Below, one piece after another: positions 1 through 11,050 of a stretch of 64,000 nt of DNA. The notes under the pieces were generated by a model. It was given only the letters and a program-made list of their open reading frames with translations. It did no database searches and had not been told where the DNA came from. The translations under genes were made by a program, and so were the position numbers. Origin of the DNA: Marsupella aquatica (lineage: Eukaryota; Plantae; Marchantiophyta); the NCBI GenBank assembly GCA_973895155.1, contig OZ316895.1:12531929-12595928 (forward strand). The letters are read 5' to 3'. Position 1 is the stretch's first letter, and every line of letters begins with the position of its first letter.

Positions 1-3000
1 AGAAGCACATGCATGACAATGCGGACAGTGTGGACCCTCCGTCTACTTGGATAGTTCAAAGGATGATTGATAAGGCACATTTTTCATACGAGCAAGCAAT
101 CGACAAGAGTTTCATTTTTTGTCCAGAGTTTCAAGAGGCCGCGTGCCGGACGTGGATTTCAGAGATGAAGAAAAAAGAAGCAAAGCATAAGGCAAAGGAG
201 AGAAAGAAGACAGTGGAAAGAAGTGCGTAATCAAAGACAGAGAAGAAACGAAAGCTTCAAGAGCCGGTTGTTCAACAAGAGAAACAATCTGGGAGTTCAC
301 GCCGTAAGAAGATGGCTAAAAAAAATGAAGATGATGAGGGCCCCCAAAAAAAGCAGACAAAGAAGGCAAAGGTTGCGAAATCAAAACCAATGTCAGGGTC
401 GACTTCAAACTTTGTCTTGCATCCAGAGGATGATATGTGTCCGACAGAAGGACCCAAAGAAGATGATGTGCTCAAAGGCCAAGAGGTTTTGCGTAATATT
501 GAGCAGTATTATACTTTTGGCATCCGCGAAGTTTTTGATATTCCTATAAAAAGTATTAATCCGCCATCGGCCGTTTTTGTATATCGAATGTTCAATCTTT
601 CGCATGCAATGGAGATATCAAAGTCTATGATGAAAAACCCTGGACAGGAACCACAAGTTGCTGATTTGATTCCGTATCGCGAGAGCACAAAACAGTTGCT
701 TCATTATGACAACACACCTCAGGATAGGAAAGAGTTTTTGATTGGTGTGAAGAAGCATGAGATCCAATTCCTTGCCATCAGTGGCCAGCATTCTGCAAGA
801 GCTGCCCAATGGATCCAAGGGTGGGCCGAGACTGACGCCAAGCTGACAGATCTTGCCAACAAACTAAAGTATAGGAAAGCAAGGATCCTATCTGACCTCA
901 CTCCGAAGACAATTTTGGTTGAGCATTCAAGTTTATCGAATGCTGTCAATGATACTATGCAATTTAAGTCTTGTTTTTTAGAGACTATTGTTCATGCACG
1001 AAGGCAGTTTGAGGAGTGCGGGGAACCGCCGCGTCCAGGGATTGGGACCAATCAAAATACAGACAGGAAAAACTATCAGGTACATGTTGGAGCGACGCAA
1101 ACTATTCTTGATCCGCTTTGTTTAAAGATTGTCAATGGTAGAGGTTTGCCTCGCCCCAAGGGCGAGGCTGCCTTTTCTTGTTTTCCTTGGTTAGAAGATT
1201 AAAGCAAATGTTTGCTTCGCCCTCAGGGTGAGGCAACCTAGACTAGTCTCTCTAAGAATAATTCCCTAGTTCCGTTTCAGTCAATTGCGGTTAGATGTAG
1301 AGGTTCGCCACGCCCTTGGGGCGAGGCGGCTTAGCCTGTTTCAAACATAGGTATAAATTTTCTAACATATGCATTGTACCCTGAAACTAATGTCAAGTCC
1401 ATTGGATATGTAGGATTGGTTTGCCCTGGCAAAGGTTACAATGGGGAAGTCAAGCCTAAAGAGCATTTATTGGTTACTTTTTGCCGAAGATGAGCTCTTT
1501 GAATTATGGCGGAACGTGTGTGCAAAATGGTTGAGTGGGAAGCTCCAAGACAGGGCTGGTGGGTATGGAGGGCCAAGACCCCCAAAATTGATCACTCCCG
1601 GTACCTTTCGATGCTTTGAAGGAGAGATTAGTAGCAAACAGATAATTGAGATCTTGAAGGACGTTGAAGAGGAGCGTGTCTTGCTGAAGAAGGATATCAC
1701 CAACAAATCAGAGCTTGTCGCAATGGGAGACTCGGCCCTTACAATCAAGATAATGTCCAAATTGAGAACAGTCATTATTGGCTATTTTGTGGAAAAGTAT
1801 CGTGAGAAGTTTCCTGTTGGCACATCTTGGGAGTCTCTGGTGATATTGTTGCCTTCCTTGAAATCTGAGCTTGAGATGACAAAATTGAGGAGAGCAGCGG
1901 GTGAGGTTTACCTCAACAATTCATTGAAGAAGAATGTGGTCAAGGAGAGTTTCCCACAAAGTCTGATGGTCAGACTAGATGGGTTGTATTGTAAAGAATT
2001 TGGTGGGATTGGTCGTTCTCGCACGGAGCCTTTCTTGACATTTTTTAGTGAGAATTTGATGAAGACGACCGTGCCGGAAATGCTACAAGAGCCTTCGCCT
2101 CTGCGTCCTCTTGCCATTGTTGACTTCAGTAGGCTTCGACAACATGTTTGGACCGATGCTGAAATTATTGCATTACTGCAATACATTGTGGATCTTCCAA
2201 GAAATCCAACAATTGTTGTTGTCATGATTGTGCATCCAGGGCCACTTGCTGCAAACATTTTGAGTGCCCTTAGGAAATTGCAACATGAAAAGGGAATGGA
2301 CATCCACGTCGACTACGGGAGCTATCAACGGAGTGATACACCAGTTCCAGAGGGCTTACTTTTCAGTTGTGGTATGGAGGAGATAATCTTTGCAGGAATC
2401 ACCACTGAGGAGAAATTTGATTGGAAGCAAGTGTTCAGGCCTGGATTTAATTGCCAATTTTCTTACAATTCGGCGATTGACCCTGATTTCCAAGTGGAAG
2501 ACAAGACGGAGAAGCGAGATAAGAATAAGAGTACGACAAGTAAGGAGACAGAGACTGAGTCAACTTTGGCATTTCACATTGGAGATTTCTTACGAAAGGC
2601 TCCCATGTTTGAGATGGTGGGAAGTAGAGGTGGCTTTGTGAATATTCACGCTAAGCCAAAATGTATGCTGCAGAGTATTATTGAATTTTTTTCGGCTGAA
2701 GGGGAGACTATACTTGACTTTTTCTCGGGAGGACAGGTTATGAAGGTGTCATTGTTGTGTTTCAGAGAATGCTTTGCGTATTCAGACACTGAGGATGAAT
2801 ATGATTTCACTCAGGCATATGGAAGGGTTCTCTGCGAGAAAGTTCCTTCCATAATGAGTGACCGGATGGGCGGTTCCAAATTTGGTAGAGCCCGCGATGG
2901 GGTTTCCGAGCATGTTGGTGCCAAAGAAGGCGTAGACCAGGGCGAAGATGATATTGAGGAAGGAGAATTGGGTCACGACACAGACGACAGGGTCACCCAA

Positions 3001-5087
3001 AATTTGGATGAACATGGAACACAAGTGGTAGGTATTCCCTACCTTGGTGTGGGGTTGGCTGATGTTGTGGGTCAACCTGAGGGCGACCCACCAAGAAATC
3101 CCTTTGCCGGTGTAGAGAATTGGATGCACCAATCGGACCCAGATCTTACATCGTCCACATCGGACGCACATTGGAAGGCAACCGCAGATGGTCTAGGCAA
3201 TATTGACGCAGTAGAATTGGGAGAAATGTCAGACATTGCGCTTGCAAAGGAGGATGATCGTCAAGTACCTGAGACCGCTGCAAATGAAGAAGAGAAGGCA
3301 GGTGCTTCAAATCCTCCCCTGTCTCCTCTATATTGCTCATCAAAGACTAAATTGGTTTTTACAAGTGCTTCTACAGGAAGCCCCGTAGTATTATCATTTT
3401 CACAAAATTCTGGATCCGAGATCGGCAGGACTGGATATATGAAAACAGTCCGTCCTGCAACTCATTTTATATGGAAAAATGGACCAAAGGTTGGAATGAT
3501 AGAATCACTAGACGATGCTCCAAAGATAATGGCAAAATCAGATTACAAAAAACTGAACTTGAGACTGAGCCCAGTTTTTGCACCCCCATCCTTTGAAGAG
3601 CAACTTCCCAGTGGTATCAATTCCGAGATACAGAGTGTTCTAGGTGATCAAACAATAGATGAATTTGGGCATTTTAGCATTGGAAATTATTAGCCCTTTC
3701 TTTGGTTCTTGGTATTTTAATGACAATCTAAGCTTTATCTTTGTAATAATATACTTTTTTACAGACCAAAGTTCCGACGTAGAATCTCCTTCCTCAAAGG
3801 ATTTTGTTGGCATTCCCTCGGAAAGCATTGCTGTGGAGGAAGGGTTTGACCCAGGTATACTTTGGATCTAAAAAATGGCAATTGAATGTAATTAATGTTT
3901 TTCTAGGAGGGTCGCCCCAGGGTCGTTCCTCTCTACTTCAAATGCTATAACAAAGTTTGTTTGATTTCAAATTTTGAGAGTTTTCCTCCGTAGTAATTGT
4001 TTAAACTTTGAGTCGCATTGACTAAGGGCTTATGTTAATGTTTCCAGAATTCACTCCAATACTACACTCTTCGATCCGGCGAAAGCTCTTGGTTCTTGAC
4101 CTTAACAAGATTTGTTGGGATTGCATTAAGACCAGAAGCTCAGGACCATGGTGAAATCAGACAAGTTTACGTGGTGTGCACTGGGGGAGACGTGGAGGGT
4201 TTAATTTCATGTATGTGGAGCGCCCATACCTCCACGAATTTCTATATGCAGCTTTCATGGTTTTTGACGTCGCAATCTGGACCTGTGCAAGGAGGCCAAA
4301 AACAATGGACTTAATGAAGTTGATTTTCACTGAGGAGGAGCGATAGAAGTTCAAGTTTGTCTTTACTCAAGAAGATACCTTTGATAGTTGCATCCAAAGG
4401 CCAGATATAACAGATGGGAAGGCCAATTTACTTCTGAAGAATTTGCAAACCATTTGGGACCGTTTTCCAGAAAAATATGATGCTTCTAATACAGTTCTTA
4501 TTGATGATTCTCCATTGAAGGCATTTTTGAATTATGACGTGAATGGATTGTTTCCAAATCCATTTACTCACACAACTTCAAATGACACTTTTTTGCCCGA
4601 GATATTATGGCCATATCTTTGCAAATTGAGAAAGGCTTACTGCGTTCAACATTATATCACTGTCAACAATCCAAAGTGGTATGTTTTCAATTTATTAACA
4701 AGCAAGGAGGATCATGCTGCCATCTATGCTCTTTTGGAACAGAAGTGGGGAGATTGTCGTTGTATCCATAGGGAGTTTGGAACCATCTTGGATGTGACTC
4801 CTGAAGAGATTCCTTGGGACGGAAAGAACGAGGTGCAGCATTACCCACCACTGGAGACGTGGACCACGGATGAGATCGAAGAAACTGCAAACGTAATACT
4901 TGGAGACAACTATTCTGGTCCTCATACACAAAATAGAAGGCATTTTATTTGGAAAGTTCTCAGAACTAGGGATCTCACCAATAAGTTTAAGAACCACCAT
5001 GCGAAAGATACTTGCAACCGTGACATCCGCTATGATAAATCAGGAAGCAGACTTTCTTGTTCAAATGAGTTTTGTCTTGATCATTAG
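1..5087 (+). pseudogene. Large spliced gene (5'-truncated by the window) encoding ParB/Srx-like + degenerate N4/N6 DNA-methyltransferase-like + FCP1/NIF HAD-phosphatase domains; probably TE-borne; three in-frame stops
   Basis: ORFs 9-230 and 312-1202 share a frame, split by TAA 228-230. Phase-compatible GT-AG introns 1080-1413, 3644-3764 (alternative donor 3614) and 3855-4047 join exons <1-1079, 1414-3643, 3765-3854 and 4048-5087. Motifs: FLAISGQHSARAA (768-806); KPKCMLQSIIEFFSAEGETILDFFSGG (2653-2733); RKLLVLDLN...ERPYLHEFL...FDVAIWTCA...KNLQTIW...NTVLIDDSP in the last exon, which has stops TGA 4152-4154 and TAG 4344-4346. Confidence 0.75.
1148..1328. repeat. Three copies of a GC-rich palindrome (GCCTCGCCC-NNN-GGGCGAGGC) in intron 1
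   Basis: gcctcgccc-caa-gggcgaggc 1148-1168; ttgcttcgccc-tca-gggtgaggcaa 1212-1236; cgccacgccc-ttg-gggcgaggcg 1306-1328. Confidence 0.85.
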
Positions 5088-5559
5088 GAGATAGGGTTGC
5101 TCTAGTGCCTACCCTGAATTGTACATTCATATTATGTCTTGAAAGGATATGTTTTGAACATGTAGGATAAAGTAAATAATTAGGATATATGCTTAGTGTG
5201 AGGCTCTCTCACTGGACTGGACAATTTAATAATTATATAGTGGGTCAATCTCATTTTGACCCTTGATTTATGACCATCTATATTTTTTAATTTATAGATG
5301 GTCTGAGTGGTATTGGCATCTGATTTTTGGACTAAATTAAATTTACTCTAATTTTTAAATTAATTAGAATATATGATTTAAGTTATTATTAAACATTTGG
5401 GTGAAAAAAACAAAATTTTGGGTGTTCAAAAATGTATATTTGGGCTGGAAAAAATTAGCTTTTGGGAATGCTTTAATAGAAATTTGGCCTGAAAAAAAAT
5501 AACTTTAGGGTTCATCTTATGGACTTTTAAAAGTACAGTTTTAATGAATATAGTGATCT

Positions 5560-5730
5560 CTTAGAACCAATAAATCGACGCTATCTTTCGTCGCACGTGA
5601 TATGCCATTTTTGTGGAAAAGAAAACTCTGAGGACAAATTCATGAAGAATCAACAAAGAATCTATGTGAGGGCCAAAATGGATCTTAGTACAAAATATAA
5701 ATAGTTAACCTCAGTACATCAGTGTGACAG
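5560..5730 (+). mobile_element. Probable subterminal/terminal region of the element carrying the 1-5087 gene
   Basis: aaccaataaa..ctatctttcgtcgcacgtgatatgccatttttgtggaa and ccaaaatggat recur at ~47564-47750, and both regions are followed by agtgtgac. The exact terminus and TSD were not resolved. Confidence 0.45.
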
Positions 5731-6839
5731 TACCTAGTAGTAGTTATTAGTACCCAAGACTTGTGAAGTAGACTATGCATTCTGTTTTTTCCACGTTTTT
5801 TACTACTCTGTGTTGATTCTTTTGTAATGGCCCCGTCGGCCCGAGGCATGAACCAGCCAAAGGTGACTATTGGGTAATATGTTGGGCTTGGGGTCAGGGG
5901 GGGGGGGGAGACATTCGAAATGGCCGGGAAAGTCCTTTTGGAAATACCTGTGTGGGAGGATTTGTGTTCATGTCGGTGGTTGCTCAGTCTGTCTACCCAT
6001 AAATATTCACAAGTAGGGCATTGTGGTTATGCATTATTTAGCTGGTATTGAGTAAGAGCCCTCTTCAGTGGGTGGGTTTTGCATGGGCTAATGAAGAGGT
6101 CCCTTCAACAGTTTCATCTCTTTGTGTATTTTCCCAATCATCCCCATGCCCATCACACTTTTATAGAATTGGCTAGAACATTACAAGTGTTCAAACATGC
6201 GGGTTGCACCCCATGGAATTTGGCCCTGCAATCCACCGCTTAAGAGCTTCCTGCCGTGAGCATCTCAGGACATTAGGTAAGCACTTGATCTGTTTAATTA
6301 CAAGTTGAAATTATTCATTGAAGTTAGTTTTATAGCTAGTAAGCAAGGTGGCCGCAATGCATTGTCAAATAGACTTTAGTCTTTTTTACACAAGCATCAT
6401 GTAAGAGTTGTAGATTTAAAATGAAGAGCCTAGAATGGCACGAAGCAGCAGTATGATTCCTTCTCACATGGGCACTTTGCCTATGTAGGTAGTGGACATA
6501 TCTTATGGTCATAAAAGCATTGTTTAGGAAAAGGTAGTCTATTTTGAAGCATTCTCACCCTAAACAACCTATCTGGGGGCCTTACATGGTAGCAGCATGA
6601 TATTGAATAATTCACCCAAAAGTTTTAAGGCTTGAAATTTGTCCAACCAAAAACATATGGTTGTGCCAAACAAAGTTCTCCAAAATCTAAGAGACTTGAT
6701 AGTTAAGTTTAATTTAGGGTATTTGGATCCTGAAAAATTGTCACTATCTCCTGTCTGTTCATGGCTAATTCCTGAAAAACCCTAAAAAATACTCCATGGT
6801 GGAATTCTTTTTGAACTACCGTCTTCCCCCAAACATAAT

Positions 6840-7230
6840 GCCCGGTCGTTGTGTTTGAAAACGGGTTTAAAAATGGATTTTGTTTGGTCTCCATATATAC
6901 AAAAGTACTAGCTTTTTCTTCAAACACAACATCATTTTAACACAACACCTCGGCGTTGTGTTTGAATATTGGCGTTGTGTTTGAGTTGGACACTGTGTTT
7001 GAGATGTGACCCTAAACTGTTCTACATTGAACACAAATAATTAAAAATTCAAGAAAAACATATGCCAATGTCAATATTCAAACACAAAGTCAATATTCGA
7101 ACACAACACACATTTTCAAACACACCACCCTGCAAATACAAAAAATTAAAACATAGTCAAAACTTGAATACAACGCCCTGGGCACACTATTCGCCCCATG
7201 GCCCACTATTCGAATAGAAGGCCATGGCGT
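6840..7230. repeat. Cluster of direct and inverted GTTGTGTTTGAA / TTCAAACACAAC motifs (TIR-transposon subterminal-like)
   Basis: gttgtgtttga at ~6848, 6955, 6974; the reverse complement caaacacaa/gaacacaac at ~6921, 7079, 7099, 7117. Confidence 0.6.
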
Positions 7231-8437
7231 AGCTTTGTGCCCTCTATATCTAACCAATAATTCACAATAGAAAGTTGCCCTTCGAGGCCTATTGTCTAGG
7301 GTGAAGCCTCTAGACTGTGACGCCTGGGTGGCAGCAAGCTTTGGGGCGAGGGAACAGGTGGGGAAGGCAACAGTGGAACAAGATAAAGCTCAGACAGTCA
7401 GGCTTGTGCTGTATTTTTATTTTTTTCTGCTTGGAGCACTTTGATAACTAGTTGTGTCCCCACAGTATAGTGGACATCCAATGAGCAATGGACTTATCAT
7501 TGGGATGTAATGAATGTTGCTCATCCATCAGTTCTGATACAATCGACTCATGAATATTTTCAGATACACAATTCTCTAACCATTTTGTGCATTATGTAGA
7601 TTTCACACGTTATATGTAACAATATGAATTGGAATCAACGGAAGTAACCTTTGAATATTAGCCTAGTTTAATACTCTGAACTTTGCTGAATTCCTTCAAC
7701 TTCAACTTGGAAAATGTTTCAGCTGACTACAGCATATAATTTACGGTTATGAAGATCAATTTTGGTCATTGGAATGGTAATTATCCATTCACTGTTTGCA
7801 GCATAAAGCTTGGTCATATGTCGCATGGGAATTGCTGGTGAGGTGGCACAGCACACAAAATTAAACTCCACGAGAGCAATGAGGGGCGGAGTGTTCAGTC
7901 AGACAAAGGGTTCTCTCATTCCAGCACATGGTCATGGATGATACTGTATCTCATAGACAAGTAATCATTAAAAGGTGTTGCATTAAACTGAAGTTCACGT
8001 GACTTGCCTTGAGTTTTAATCAAGTCCACCTCTGCCTTTGAATAAACTGGGCTTTTTTCTAGGAGTCTTTTGGACAAGAATATAATTTTGAGCATAGTCA
8101 ATATTTCATTCCACCTTTCAGCACAAGCCCACCACCCCTTTGGTGAAACTACAACAAGCGCTTCTCTAGTGGTGTACACTATTGCCTTCATGTATAGATT
8201 GAATCTTGATGAGTGCCTTATTTTTCGAATATTGTATATAGCAAGTTTTGATATGCCAAGATACAAGCGTAATGGTTACTGGGTTTTTACTATCTCCTTA
8301 AGTAAGCACGCCCTTTTTTAGAAAATTCTATATAGCAGGTTTGATATGCCAAAATGCAAGCCTTATGGTTAGTGGTTAGTGGGGTTTCACTATCTCCTGA
8401 ATTAGGCACAGTTGAATACTAATCATTAGATCTTGGA

Positions 8438-9018
8438 TATAGCATGTTCATCTTGGAACATGCTTCATTTTTGTTTTTGGTTTTTAGTGAAGTGCAGGTG
8501 ATCTAATTCATTTTCGAATATAAACAGTACAATGACTAGGAAGACTACAGTCTATGATATTGAAAAATTGTGCACATAAGATACAAGAGTAAAAGTACAC
8601 ATGGAAAGAAAAGTAATAATGTACAGGAAAAATTTAAGTCTATGGTATTGGATTGTGCATATACTCTACACCAGTAGAGATACTTATGTACTTACCTTAG
8701 GTAATGACACTCAAATTAATTAAAACCATAAATTCAGGACACAAAACCATGTGTAGAACTTAAAGACACAAGAGAGCACTTTATTTAGATCATTTATTCT
8801 TCACTCATGAGAATAAGGGCTAGAAATTCCATGATCTTTGTTAAAAGGAAGATGATCTTAAATATAGATTAAAAAATTTAGAGGAGTGCCAAAATAAATT
8901 CAAAATCTAAACTATACTAGGGATGCACCTTGGTAAGACACATTGAATTAAAAATACATAAGAAAAGAAATTTGAATAAGACAAAATACTGGAAGGTACC
9001 ATATAGGAATAGTTTCAC
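8438..9018. mobile_element. ~580-bp non-coding insertion, copy 1 of a dispersed family (7-bp TSD tcttgga)
   Basis: Starts tatagcatgttcatc(t/c)tggaacatg like copy 2 at 18188. Flanked by tcttgga (8431-8437, 9019-9025). An uninterrupted paralogous site cattagatcttggacaaccctgg lies at ~9103-9125. Confidence 0.65.
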
Positions 9019-10208
9019 TCTTGGACAACCCTGGAATGAATAATGGATTCACTCAATGTGTATTTTTACTATCTCCTGAAGTAGGCACCCTTGAATACTA
9101 ATCATTAGATCTTGGACAACCCTGGAATGAATCATGTGTACACTCAATATGTTACTGATACAATTACTCAAGTATAGTTTCAGTAAGACCTGAGCAGCTT
9201 CCACTGACCCTTGGGAATGACCTTTTTGCCCTCATTTTTGCCCAATCTTACTAAATTTGGTAACATAGCGTTATCCAACCCAGTAACCATTCGAGAAGCT
9301 CTAAGTAAAGGTTGCAATTCAAGGCTAGCCCTATGCTACTGGATTTGGTCAAGGGTGATCAAACCCTGCAACGATTGACATACTCTAAGTAAAGGTTGCA
9401 TTCCAAGGCAAATAAACCATGTCCCACAGCTTAATAAATAAAACAATGTCCTGCAACTCTACATTACTCCAGTTCTTAAGGTCGGAAGATCTACAGTCCA
9501 AATGTCTCCTCACGATCGTACCCACATTTTCACCGTCGATCCTCGCTGGAGGTTGTTCGGACAAAAGTGGACTGCGTTGGCAAGTTACTGCACCTAAAGC
9601 TTCAGCTAGAGATAGCTTAGGAGAAAGCGGGCGAAAGTGGACAGAGTTGGCAAAGCCGCTGTACAGTCCTCTGCGGCTAAATACATCTAGACTTATGACA
9701 TCAGCCCTTCTGACATGGCCCGACTCCCTAAAAACCACTCTACAGTTACCGGTGACCTATATTTGGTACAGAACCATCTATCTAGGCATCTAGCTAGCTG
9801 GCTTAAGTAATCAACTGGCTACCAGATGTAGCCAGTGAGCTGTCAACCGACCAGTGGTCGTTTAGTTATTCAAACAGCAACCAAATTGGTAGTACTGAAT
9901 TCTGAAGTCTGTAGACAATCTGAACCCTCCATTCTAAGATCCAACGGTCACAGTCAGCAGTGGTAATTTAATTTACAGGATTTAATGATAATATGCTCAC
10001 TTCCGGAGACGATGACGTGGCTTCACTAGTCGGAGCCAGACCGAGCCTTTTTCCGAAGCTGAGCATCGGCCTCGAGAGTCGCATCGTAAGCCGCACATCC
10101 GTGTGGAAATCGACGGTGATTTTATGAACAAATATTGTCTGTGCGGCGACAGTGTCACCCTGTAAAGTGTAAACAGCGTTGTCCCTGGGTTTGCCTTCGT
10201 TGAACGAA

Positions 10209-10240
10209 CACTACACTACATTACACTACACTACACTACA
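10209..10240. repeat. (CTACA)n microsatellite
   Basis: cactacactacattacactacactacactaca. Confidence 0.85.
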
Positions 10241-11050
10241 AGAGTGTGGTGTTCGAGTGGTGCCTGGCTATGGTGTACAGTAGTTGTGCAGCTCATCCAA
10301 GTGGATCCTGATGAGGAGTTCCCTGAATCCCTGATGAATGCTGACCCGAAAAGAAATTAAAGCGGAAAGGAAAACGGGGCCCGCATTTGGGTACGTATAT
10401 AGAGTGGTCAGCTGCGGCTCATAATCATCACAATCTCGATCTTGTTTTCATATCTCAATGAATCATCTCTCTCTTCTGCGACTCTTCGGGAACATTCAAT
10501 TCGGGTCGGGTCCTGCGACTTTCTTCTGGAGTAATTGACTATTTTGTTACAACCATACCCGCCACCCCATCACTCCATCACTTGAAAGAAACAGAGCACT
10601 GGCCGGACAAAAGACACAGCTCGGCGCACCATTGGTACGTGATCCAGCTGCTGCTCCAGCTCTTGCCTCGCATTCATCACCGCTACCACCTCCTACTCCC
10701 AACATCGAGAGCGCTACTCTTTTGAGTTACGGCATTCTCGAGAGCGAAACGAGTCAGAGAGAGTGAGGACTTGAGGAGGACGACAGCCGCCAGATTCTCG
10801 TAGCCTCTGCCTTTCTTTCGGCCGTCGTGTCCTGTTTGCTTCCCTCCCTACGACTTAAGACAAGGGACTGGACGTTACGAACTGTCTTGCACGGGCAGGA
10901 CAAGAAGCGCGAGTTGTCGAGTTCGGTCGCATGCACAAACACCGAGGGTTGTCTTGTCCCACACCGCCGATTGTGTTTTGAGGCCATTGTCGGGGGCAAG
11001 CTCTTGCAGTGACTGACCGTTTAAACGGGTTAACTAGCCTATTGAGAACG

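Noticed and set aside
7480-8270. Coding-like minus-strand stretches (116-aa ORF and neighbours)
   Set aside because: Interrupted by stops and no family recognised; may be a decayed TE or gene relic but cannot be supported.
9240-9793. Overlapping 117-aa and 124-aa ORFs
   Set aside because: No motifs and no splice support; includes a short local duplication (ctctaagtaaaggttgca x2).
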